From the NCBI GenBank assembly GCA_963978095.1, contig CAXBQP010000031.1, positions 1 through 39,340 of the forward strand: a DNA stretch of 39,340 nt. The letters are read 5' to 3'. This DNA is from an uncultured bacterium (GTDB taxonomy: Bacteria; Gemmatimonadota; Gemmatimonadetes; Gemmatimonadales; Gemmatimonadaceae). The position numbers and the translations under genes were made by a program. Positions 28,656 to 36,607 of this stretch are shown here, piece by piece. Below the pieces are notes generated by a model. That model was not told the DNA's origin and searched no databases. It worked only from the letters and a program-made list of their open reading frames with translations. Each line of letters starts with the position of its first letter. Positions within the stretch are counted from its first letter, which is position 1.

Positions 28656-30469
28656 TCGTCGCTCTGTGCCCAGAAGCCGGACAACACGCGCTGCATGAAG
28701 AAGCCGCTCGTGAGAAAGACGGCCAAGCAGACGTAGAACTGCGGCATCCGCCCGTACAGGAAGCTGCCAGTGCCGAACAACGCCGAGTAGACGAAGGAAC
28801 AGCCCAGGACCCAACCCAACATCGCCTGCGGCAGGGCGTTCGCGGCCGGTTGCACCGTGGACTTGGCGCGGATCGGGCCCCACCCCGGCCCAGCCGGGCG
28901 CACGAGCGTGAAGAACTTGAGGAGGGTCGCCTCATCCGCCGGCGCCGCCACAAGCGTCGTGATGAACCACACCACGGTCGTCACGCCCACGGTCACGAGC
29001 AACGACACGTGCTCGGCCACCTCGACCCCGTTCTTGCGCGCGATGAAGAACCCGAGCGCCACGAGGAACGACGACGCCATCGCCGAGATCTCGCTCCAGG
29101 CGCTCACGCGCCACCAGAACCAGCGGAGCAGGTAGAGCAATCCGGTGCCGGCGCCGATCGACAAAATCAGGTCGAACGCCTCCTTGGCAGTGCCCAGCGC
29201 GTACGTCATCAACGCCGCGCACACCATGAGCGACGCCGTGACCACGCGCCCCACGAACACATAGTGTTTCTCGCTGAGCCCCGGCCGCAGGAATCGGCGA
29301 TAGAAATCATGCACCAGGTAGGAAGTGCCCCAGTTGAGGTGCGTCTCGATCGTCGATCGGTAGGCCGCGAGCGTCCCCGCCACCACCAGCCCGAGGAATC
29401 CCGCGGGGAGGAACCGCATCATCGCCGGATACGCGATGTCGTCACCGATCAGCTTGGGATCGACATGCGGGAAGGTCGTGGCGATGTCGCTCAACTGCGG
29501 GTAGATGATCGTCGACGCCAAGGCGACGATGATCCACGGCCACGGACGCAACGCATAGTGCATCACGTTGAACAGCAGGGTCCCGATCACCGCGTCCTTC
29601 TCCGTCTTGGAGGCCAGCATGCGCTGCGCGATGTACGAACCGCCGCCGGGCTCCGCCCCCGGGTACCAGACGCTCCACCATTGAATGGTCAGCGGAATGA
29701 TGAACACCGTGGCCGCCACACTCCAGTTCCCGAAATCCGGGAGCAGCGCCAGCTTGCTCGCCGGGACCTTGGCGAACAGCCCCGCGAGTCCACCCACCGA
29801 CGGCTGCTGCAGCGCATAGTAGGCCACCGCGAAGGTGCCGGTCATCGTGATGCCGAACTGAATCGTGTCGGTCACGAGCACTCCCCACAGGCCAGAGACC
29901 GAGGCGAAGAAGATCGTCATCACCGCGCACACGAGCAGCGTGCGCTCCATCGGCCAGCCGAGCACGACGTTGCCGATCTTCGCGGCGGCGAGGTTCACCG
30001 TCGCCATGATCACGCAGTTGAAGAACAGCCCCAGATACACCGCCCGGAAACCGCGGAGGATCCGTGAGGCCTGCCCCGAGTACCGGATCTCGTAGAACTC
30101 CAGATCCGTGAGCACTCCCGACCGACGCCACAGCCGGGCATAGAAGAACACCGTCATCATGCCGGTCAGCAGGAAGCTCCACCAGAGCCAGTTCTCCGCC
30201 ACGCCGCTCTGGCGCACCATGTTGGTGACGAGATTCGGCGTATCCGTGCTGAACGTGGTGGCCACCATGCTGATGCCGACGAGCCACCACGGCGCGGCGC
30301 GGCCGGACGTGAAGAACTCGCTGGTGCTCTCGCTCGCCCGGCGCCAGAAGAAGAGCGCGGGAAGGAAACTCACGGCGATCGACGTGGCGATGATCACCCA
30401 ATCAATCGTGGCGAAATGGAACGCCGTCACCACCGGCGCGGTGGCTGCCTGCATCAGAGGGAAGGTCAC
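28652..30469 (-). CDS. Sodium:solute symporter (SSS) family transporter
   Basis: EFFTSGRAAPWWLVGISMVATTFSTDTP, GLWGVLVTDTIQF, YIAQRMLAS and LAAYRSTIETHLN. GTG start at 30469 overlaps the GH109 stop. Confidence 0.92.
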   Translation of the reverse strand: MTFPLMQAATAPVVTAFHFATIDWVIIATSIAVSFLPALFFWRRASESTSEFFTSGRAAPWWLVGISMVATTFSTDTPNLVTNMVRQSGVAENWLWWSFLLTGMMTVFFYARLWRRSGVLTDLEFYEIRYSGQASRILRGFRAVYLGLFFNCVIMATVNLAAAKIGNVVLGWPMERTLLVCAVMTIFFASVSGLWGVLVTDTIQFGITMTGTFAVAYYALQQPSVGGLAGLFAKVPASKLALLPDFGNWSVAATVFIIPLTIQWWSVWYPGAEPGGGSYIAQRMLASKTEKDAVIGTLLFNVMHYALRPWPWIIVALASTIIYPQLSDIATTFPHVDPKLIGDDIAYPAMMRFLPAGFLGLVVAGTLAAYRSTIETHLNWGTSYLVHDFYRRFLRPGLSEKHYVFVGRVVTASLMVCAALMTYALGTAKEAFDLILSIGAGTGLLYLLRWFWWRVSAWSEISAMASSFLVALGFFIARKNGVEVAEHVSLLVTVGVTTVVWFITTLVAAPADEATLLKFFTLVRPAGPGWGPIRAKSTVQPAANALPQAMLGWVLGCSFVYSALFGTGSFLYGRMPQFYVCLAVFLTSGFFMQRVLSGFWAQSDE

Positions 30470-31839
30470 GAGCGTCTCTTGCTCCATTCTCCACGGGTGA
30501 AGTCGGGGAACTTCATGGGCTGGCCCCCCTTGGCCACACTCATCTGCGACAGCGGGAACGGGGCACTCCAGGTCGCCGCGTCGTACACGTCATAGTCCGG
30601 CACGAGTCCCTCGTGCATGCACTCGATCAGCCGGTACGCCATCACGTAATCCATGCCGCCATGCCCGCCGCTGCGCGCCTTGTCGCCCACGCGCGTCCAC
30701 AGCGGATGCTCGAAATCCTTCTTCCAGTCGTCGATCGGATAGAACTGCTCCTTCGGCGATTTCCCCTCGATGTAGATGCGCGGCGGATAATCCTCGAACG
30801 TCCCCTTGGTGCCCAGCACGCGGTTGTGCCGCGTGTACGGACGCGCGTTGCTCACATCGTGCTGCAGCATCACCGTCTTCCCCTTCACGGTCTTGAGGAT
30901 CGAGGTGTTCATGTCACCGGTGATGTACTGCTCCTTCCACTTGGGATCGGCCTTGTCCTTGACCGTCTCCTCGCGATACATCGACAAGCCGCGCTCGGGC
31001 CCGCTCACGCTCACCATGTAGTCGTAGCGATCCCCCTGGTGGACGTCCAGATACCAGCTCACCGGTCCGAGCCCGTGCGTGGGGTACAGATTGGCGTTCG
31101 CCCGCGTGTGCCACGCACGACGCCACAGCCCCTCGTCCCGCCCTTCGTTCAGGATGCCGCGCAGGTCGTGCAGATACGCGGCTTCGGCATGCAGCACCTC
31201 GCCGAACACGCCTTCGTGCACCATCCGGTTCACCATCATCTCGGTGTACCCGTAGTTGCAGTTCTCGAGATGCAGGCAATGCTTGCGCGCCTTCTCGCTC
31301 GCGTCGACCAGTGCCCACAGATCCTTGAGGGTCGTCCCGAACGGACACTCGCTCGCCGCATGATGCCCGTGCGCGAGCGCCGCGAGCATGACGGGCACAT
31401 GGTATTCCCACGGCGTCGCCGTGTACACGATGTCCAGATCCGTCCGGGCCACCAACTGCTCGTAGGCGTGGTCGCTTCCGGTGTACGTCGCCGGCGCCGC
31501 CTGCCCCTTGTCGGTGATCATCTTGGTCGCGCGCGCCAACTTGTCGGGCACGGTGTCGCAGATCGCGACGATCGTGACGCCATCCACCCCCAGCAGCTCG
31601 TTGAGCACCGACCGTCCACGCAACCCGGTACCGACGATCCCGACGCGCACGTTCGCCGTCCGTTCGAAAGGAACCCCCTTCATGGTCTTGCGCGACTTGG
31701 GAGCCGCAGGCTGCTGGTCCGGATGGGCGATCGCCGAGATGTCCTCCGCGATGCCGCGCGTGAATGCGCCGCTCGCCGCCAATCCCGCCCCCGCAAGGGC
31801 TGCGCCCTTCAACATGTCCCGCCGACTCACTTCGCTCAT
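30466..31839 (-). CDS. Tat-exported GH109 NAD+-dependent glycoside hydrolase (alpha-N-acetylgalactosaminidase family, Gfo/Idh/MocA fold)
   Basis: Tat signal SRRDMLK, Rossmann motif VGIVGTGLRG and GH109 motifs TPWEYH, LENCNY, YLHDLR, NLYPTHGLGP and GGHGGMDY. Confidence 0.88.
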   Translation of the reverse strand: MSEVSRRDMLKGAALAGAGLAASGAFTRGIAEDISAIAHPDQQPAAPKSRKTMKGVPFERTANVRVGIVGTGLRGRSVLNELLGVDGVTIVAICDTVPDKLARATKMITDKGQAAPATYTGSDHAYEQLVARTDLDIVYTATPWEYHVPVMLAALAHGHHAASECPFGTTLKDLWALVDASEKARKHCLHLENCNYGYTEMMVNRMVHEGVFGEVLHAEAAYLHDLRGILNEGRDEGLWRRAWHTRANANLYPTHGLGPVSWYLDVHQGDRYDYMVSVSGPERGLSMYREETVKDKADPKWKEQYITGDMNTSILKTVKGKTVMLQHDVSNARPYTRHNRVLGTKGTFEDYPPRIYIEGKSPKEQFYPIDDWKKDFEHPLWTRVGDKARSGGHGGMDYVMAYRLIECMHEGLVPDYDVYDAATWSAPFPLSQMSVAKGGQPMKFPDFTRGEWSKRRS

Positions 31840-32828
31840 CGTTCGCCTCGGACCTCGGAGTTGTCGCCGACCGTCGTGGACCCATGGACCCGCTCCAACA
31901 GCACGGCATCGCCAATCAGGGAATCATGCAACGTACAGTCGATGAGGCGCGACTGGGCGCCGATCACCGCGTCACGCACCGTGGTTCCGGTGATCGTACT
32001 CCCCGCACCGATGCTCACATTCGGCCCGATCGTCGAGCCGGTGAGCGTGCACCCGTCCTCGATGTACACGGGCTCGAGGATCGTCGCCCCCTGCACGTCG
32101 GCCGGACGACGCGCACGCCCCTTCTCCAGCATCACGCGGTTCGTGTCGAGCAGCGTATCGAGCTTCCCCGCGTCGTACCAGCCGGCCACGTCCACCACCC
32201 GGAGTTTGGCGCCGTGGTCGATCATGTACTGGAACGCGTCGGTCAGGTAGAACTCGCCCTGATGCGCGGGCTGCGCCAGGGTGTGCGTGATCCCTTCATA
32301 CAACAGCGCCGAGTTGCGGATATAGTAGAGCCCGATGTTGGCCCGCTTGCTGACCGGCGTCTTCGGCTTCTCCACGATCCGGGTCATGTGACCCGACGCA
32401 TCGGTCACCACGACGCCAAAGCGCTGATAATCCTCGACTTCCTTGGTCCAGATGATCCCGTCGTCGGTGCACGTGGGGATGATCGACAGGTCGGCATCGA
32501 AGATCGTATCGACGAAGATGATCAGCACCGGCTCGCCCTTCACCAGCGACTCGGCGAGCGCCACCGCCCCCGCCGTTCCGTCCTGCACCTTCTGCTCGAT
32601 GAACGTCGCGGGCAGATCCGCATACGCCGTGCGCGCGTGCGCCTCGACCACGTCCTTGAGGTGCCCGGTGATGTACACCACGCCACTCACGTGGCCGACC
32701 CTCCGGACGTCGTCGAGGACGTAGTCCATCACCGGCTTGCCGGCCACGCGCAGCATGGGCTTGGGCACGGTGTGCGTGTGCGGACGAAGGCGGGTCCCCT
32801 TCCCCGCCAACGGGATGATCACCTTCAT
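31836..32828 (-). CDS. Sugar-phosphate nucleotidyltransferase with a C-terminal left-handed beta-helix (long RmlA/GCD1-like)
   Basis: IIPLAGKGTRLRPHTHTVPKPML, GTAGAV, IVEKP, EFYLTDA, WYDAG and hexapeptide repeats (IGPNVSIG). Confidence 0.9.
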   Translation of the reverse strand: MKVIIPLAGKGTRLRPHTHTVPKPMLRVAGKPVMDYVLDDVRRVGHVSGVVYITGHLKDVVEAHARTAYADLPATFIEQKVQDGTAGAVALAESLVKGEPVLIIFVDTIFDADLSIIPTCTDDGIIWTKEVEDYQRFGVVVTDASGHMTRIVEKPKTPVSKRANIGLYYIRNSALLYEGITHTLAQPAHQGEFYLTDAFQYMIDHGAKLRVVDVAGWYDAGKLDTLLDTNRVMLEKGRARRPADVQGATILEPVYIEDGCTLTGSTIGPNVSIGAGSTITGTTVRDAVIGAQSRLIDCTLHDSLIGDAVLLERVHGSTTVGDNSEVRGER

Positions 32829-33202
32829 GGCGCGCTCGTCCCCTCGCGGCCGTACTTGTCGGTCAGCCGGACCACGTCGTCCAGGTGCGGGGTGCTCGCC
32901 TCGAGCAGGTCGCAGTCGGTCACGGCCTGCATCTGGTGCACGTGCCCCGGTTCGTTGCGGTAGCTCTCCCCCTCCACGAGCCGCACGTCACGCAAGGGCG
33001 CGCCCGGCGCGTCCCCTACGCGGTAGATCATCTCCCCCTTCAGGACGTGAATCACCTCATCCTTCTGGCGATGGTACTGCAACGAGAGCGACTCCCCCGC
33101 CTTGATGTGCAGCACCTTTCCCACATAGTGCTCGGTGTGCGCCCAGATCGTCTCGTGCCCCCAGGGCTTCTGCACCACCCGCACCGGCGTCTTTCCACTC
33201 AT
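32825..33202 (-). CDS. Cupin domain protein (mannose-6-phosphate isomerase type II C-terminal-like)
   Basis: KPWGHE, LSLQYHRQKDE, PGHVHQM and LEASTPHLDDVVRLTDKYGR. ATG 33202 overlaps the upstream TGA. Confidence 0.85.
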   Translation of the reverse strand: MSGKTPVRVVQKPWGHETIWAHTEHYVGKVLHIKAGESLSLQYHRQKDEVIHVLKGEMIYRVGDAPGAPLRDVRLVEGESYRNEPGHVHQMQAVTDCDLLEASTPHLDDVVRLTDKYGREGTSAP

Positions 33203-33771
33203 CACCTGTTCTCCCATGGTCGCGCCGTGATTGAACTTGGGCTCGTCACGCAGCCATTGATGCAGGCCCCGCACCCGGTGCACGCCGCGCCCACCACCGG
33301 ACGCCCGTTCGCATCCAACCGCAAGGCCTCCTCACCCGCCGGACACACCCGCGCGCACACACCACACTCCACATCGCGGTGCGCGATGCACTGCGTCGCA
33401 TCAATGCGGATCTGCGACATCTTGACGCTACCCCACAGATCCGCCGGGACCTCGAGCGCCGCGGTCGGACAGGCCACCGCACAGGGCATGTCCGTGCACA
33501 TCACACAGGCCTGACTCGTCACCTGCAACGCCGGCGTTCCGGCGGCCAACCCGGCACTCGTCGGCAAGGCGCGGATCGCACGCACGGGACACGCGGGCTC
33601 ACAGGCCCCGCATCGCGTGCACGCCGCCAAGAACGCGGCCTCCGGCAGCGCCCCGGGGGGCCGAATGTGAACCCCGCCTCCCACCTTGGCCGACACCACG
33701 TCCACCGCGCGCCCCAGGACCTTCCGGAATCCCTGGGAAAAAAACGCCCGACGGTCGACGGATTCTGCCAT
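33202..33771 (-). CDS. NapF/NapG/MauM-type multi-[4Fe-4S] ferredoxin
   Basis: DRRAFF and IRPPGALPEAAFLAACTRCGACEPACP, CVMCTDMPCAVACP, C...ECGVCARVCP and CTGCGACINGC. Confidence 0.85.
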   Translation of the reverse strand: MAESVDRRAFFSQGFRKVLGRAVDVVSAKVGGGVHIRPPGALPEAAFLAACTRCGACEPACPVRAIRALPTSAGLAAGTPALQVTSQACVMCTDMPCAVACPTAALEVPADLWGSVKMSQIRIDATQCIAHRDVECGVCARVCPAGEEALRLDANGRPVVGAACTGCGACINGCVTSPSSITARPWENR

Positions 33772-33930
33772 CGGGATAATCTGCGACAGGGAACGCCAAA
33801 AGATAAGGCGTCAGGGGCCGTCCCCCCCCCCCACGAACTACCACAAGACGCGACGCTCCGCGGTCTGCCGTCTCGTCCTCGTTCGTAACAGCGAACGTCC
33901 GCGCCACCACGGGTCCCGAGCGCCGGAAAC

Positions 33931-33960
33931 GCGAACAGCCGCCCACGGGCGGCTGTTCGC
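33931..33960 (-). terminator. Hairpin closing the atp F0/delta operon
   Basis: Perfect 14-bp inverted repeat GCGAACAGCCGCCC-AC-GGGCGGCTGTTCGC, 52 nt downstream of the atpH stop and followed by GTTTCC on the minus strand. Confidence 0.65.
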
Positions 33961-34012
33961 TCCTGCACTCTCCCAGCCGCGGCGCGCACGCCGCCTGCTG
34001 CCACGCCGATGC

Positions 34013-34552
34013 CTACCGGCTCCCCATCCGCGCCTTCAAGCGCTCCAACCGGCGGCGCACCGACCCGTCCATCACCGTGTCACCAAACTTCACGATCACA
34101 CCGCCCAGGATCCGGCTGTCCACCGCGACGTGCGGCACGACCTCCTTCCCGATCGCTGCGCTCAGCGATGCGGCAATGGCTCGCACATCGCCCTCGGACG
34201 TCTCACGCGCCACCGTCACCCGGGCATGCAACCGTCCTTCCGCGGCGTCCAGCAGGTCGCCGTACGCCACGGCGATCTCGGGGATCAGCGTCTGCCGACG
34301 GTTCGTGACGAGCTTCTGCAGGAACTTCACGAACGTCACCGGCGCCTTGTCGCCGAGCGCCTTGCCCAGCATCGCGATCTTGTGCGCCTCCGTGACCTGC
34401 GGCGCGGCAAGAAAACGCTGGAGCGTCACATCCTGCTCCACCGCCGCGGCCACGCCGTTGATCAGCACCGCCCACTCGGTGCGCGCGCCGGCCGCGGTGG
34501 CCAGCTCGAGCAACGCCTCGGCGTAGTTCTTGGCGATCGACTCGTTGTTCAT
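34013..34552 (-). CDS. atpH: F1F0 ATP synthase subunit delta
   Basis: IAKNYAEALLE, FLQKLVTNRR and VDSRILGGVIVKFGDTVMDGSVRRRL. Confidence 0.95.
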   Translation of the reverse strand: MNNESIAKNYAEALLELATAAGARTEWAVLINGVAAAVEQDVTLQRFLAAPQVTEAHKIAMLGKALGDKAPVTFVKFLQKLVTNRRQTLIPEIAVAYGDLLDAAEGRLHARVTVARETSEGDVRAIAASLSAAIGKEVVPHVAVDSRILGGVIVKFGDTVMDGSVRRRLERLKARMGSR

Positions 34553-35131
34553 TTATCGCGTGCCGATCGAGGCAAGGTAGCTCTCCACGAGCTTCCGGTT
34601 CTGCGCATCGTCGAGATTCTTCTCGATCACCTTGCTGGCGCCGGCGAGCGCCAGATCGATCGCCTCGCGGCGGATCTCATCGATGGCCTTGCTCTTCTCG
34701 GCCTCGATATCACGACGGGCACGCTCCATCATCTCGTCCTGCTGCTTCTTGGTGCTCTCCAGGAGCTCCGCGCGCATCGACTCGGCGGTCGCGCGCCCCT
34801 CGGAGATGAACTTCTGGGCCTCGCTCTTGGCCGCTTCGATCTGCGCCTTGTGCTGCACGAGCAGCGCGGCGGCGGCTTCCGAATCGGCCTTGGCCGACGA
34901 GATCGCGGCTTCGAGCGCGGCCTCGCGGTCACGCACCGCGGCCGTGATCGGGCCGAAGGCGAACTTGGCGAGCACCACGAACACGATCGCGAAGATGATC
35001 AGCGTCCATGCCATCAGCCCGGTGCTGGGCGAGAGCAGGTTCACGGAGCCACCGGCCGCTTCGCCTTCCTGCGCCAAGAGGGGGGAAGCGATCAGCGACA
35101 TGGCAACGACGCGCGCGAGCAGGGAACGCAT
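34553..35131 (-). CDS. atpF: F1F0 ATP synthase subunit b
   Basis: WTLIIFAIVFVVLAKFAFGPI TM segment, long coiled coil and DLALAGASKVIEKNLD. Start set at ATG 35131, giving a signal-peptide-like N-terminus. Confidence 0.95.
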   Translation of the reverse strand: MRSLLARVVAMSLIASPLLAQEGEAAGGSVNLLSPSTGLMAWTLIIFAIVFVVLAKFAFGPITAAVRDREAALEAAISSAKADSEAAAALLVQHKAQIEAAKSEAQKFISEGRATAESMRAELLESTKKQQDEMMERARRDIEAEKSKAIDEIRREAIDLALAGASKVIEKNLDDAQNRKLVESYLASIGTR

Positions 35132-35164
35132 AGGATATCCGAATAGGAAAAGTTGGGGTGCCCG

Positions 35165-35192
35165 GGCCGCCCCTTCGTCTGAAGGAGCGGCC
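35165..35192 (-). other. Intercistronic stem-loop between atpE and atpF
   Basis: Minus strand GGCCGCTCCTTC-AGAC-GAAGGGGCGGCC, 12 bp with a U.G pair that is valid only on the mRNA strand. Confidence 0.55.
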
Positions 35193-35216
35193 ACGAGCGG
35201 AACAACCGACTGCGAC

Positions 35217-35504
35217 TTAGAACTTGCCCTGGATCTGGAACGCGACGACGACGGCGAACAGCGCGGCGCCCTCGATGAACGCGGCGAAGATCAGCGCGGC
35301 GGTCTGGATCTGACCGGCGATCTCGGGCTGACGCGCCATGCCCTCAACGGCCTGGCCGCCAACGCGGCCGATGCCGAGTCCGGCGCCGATGATGGCGAGA
35401 CCGGCACCGATGCCGGCGCCCATCATGCCCCACGCGCCCATGTAGTTCTTGTTGAAGCCAGCCGCGGTCTCGGCGGCAGCCTGAAGCAGAGGATACAACG
35501 TCAT
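35217..35504 (-). CDS. atpE: F1F0 ATP synthase subunit c (H+-type signature)
   Basis: GAGLGIG, MARQPE and FIEGAALF. The Glu is followed by Gly and the Q...ES/T Na+ motif is absent. Confidence 0.96.
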   Translation of the reverse strand: MTLYPLLQAAAETAAGFNKNYMGAWGMMGAGIGAGLAIIGAGLGIGRVGGQAVEGMARQPEIAGQIQTAALIFAAFIEGAALFAVVVAFQIQGKF

Positions 35505-35686
35505 GGCAATACTCCGGAAGAATCGTGGTCCTGCGTGCTCGCCTGCGATCGGGTCGCCCCGGTCCTGCCTCGCCATCCGTCACCGAAACCCGCCACGTGC
35601 GCGAGCCTCAACGGACTTCGCCGAACAAGGGGTTCGGCTACCGCACGAGCGCTCCGGCGTGGAACGCCCGCGTCCTGCACAGCGTG

Positions 35687-36607
35687 CTAGTGATGCGACT
35701 CGCGCACCAACCCGATGAAGACACTCGCCAGCAACGTGAAGATGAACGCCTGGAGGAACGCCACCATCAGCTCCAGGAACATGATCGCCACCGCCATCGC
35801 CAGCGGCAACGGGGCGAGTACGTATGAGCCGAACGAGAAGATCAACCCGATCAGCGCGAGCACCACGATGTGGCCGGCCGTCATGTTGGCGAACAAACGG
35901 ATCGCCAAGGCGAACGGCTTGGTGAACTTCCCGATCAGTTCCACCGGGCTGAGGATGATCGACATCGGAATGCGCATCCCCAGCGGCATGTCATGCGGCC
36001 AGAAGATGATGGTGTTGATGTACCCCGCGCCCAGCGCCTTCATGCCCGCGATTTCGATCACCACGAAGGTGATGATCGCCAGCGTCGCGGTCACGGCGAT
36101 GTTGCCGGTCGCGGTGCTGCCGTAGGGAATGAGACCCAGCAGGTTGCAGGTCAGAATGAAGAAGAAGAGCGTGAGCCCGAAGGGCACGAACGCCTCGCCA
36201 TGATGGCCGACGTTCGGAAGGATCACCTCGTTGCGGATGTACAACACCATCGCTTCCATGGCCCCGCTGAACCCCGTGGGCGGCTGTCCCGAGGCCGCAC
36301 GCTTGGCCACCCCCCGCGCGGCGGCGGTCAGCGCCACGATCACCAGCGTCGCGGCCAGCAGCAGCATCACCACGTGCTTGGTCGGCGACAGGTCCAGCTC
36401 GAGCGGGCCGATGTGGATCGGCGCCCAGTGCGGCAACTCGATCTCCTGCACCAACCCGTGCCCGAATCCCGCCGGAAGATCGAGCGCGTGGGCGTCCGTG
36501 ATGTGCGGCGTGATGATATCCACCTTCCGGGGCGCGGCATCCTGGGCAACCATGCGTGCCGGAGCGGCGGCCATCACGAGGGCGGTGAGCAGTGCAGCGA
36601 ATCTCAT
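35687..36607 (-). CDS. atpB: F1F0 ATP synthase subunit a
   Basis: FFFILTCNLLGLIP, KPFALAIRLFANMTAGH and ELMVAFLQAFIFTLL. ATG 36607 overlaps the upstream TGA. Confidence 0.96.
   Translation of the reverse strand: MRFAALLTALVMAAAPARMVAQDAAPRKVDIITPHITDAHALDLPAGFGHGLVQEIELPHWAPIHIGPLELDLSPTKHVVMLLLAATLVIVALTAAARGVAKRAASGQPPTGFSGAMEAMVLYIRNEVILPNVGHHGEAFVPFGLTLFFFILTCNLLGLIPYGSTATGNIAVTATLAIITFVVIEIAGMKALGAGYINTIIFWPHDMPLGMRIPMSIILSPVELIGKFTKPFALAIRLFANMTAGHIVVLALIGLIFSFGSYVLAPLPLAMAVAIMFLELMVAFLQAFIFTLLASVFIGLVRESHH

Noticed and set aside
35217..35504. Na+-translocating or N-type ATPase
   Set aside because: Subunit c lacks the Q...ES/T Na+ ligands, and the gene order with a separate atpH is ordinary F-type.
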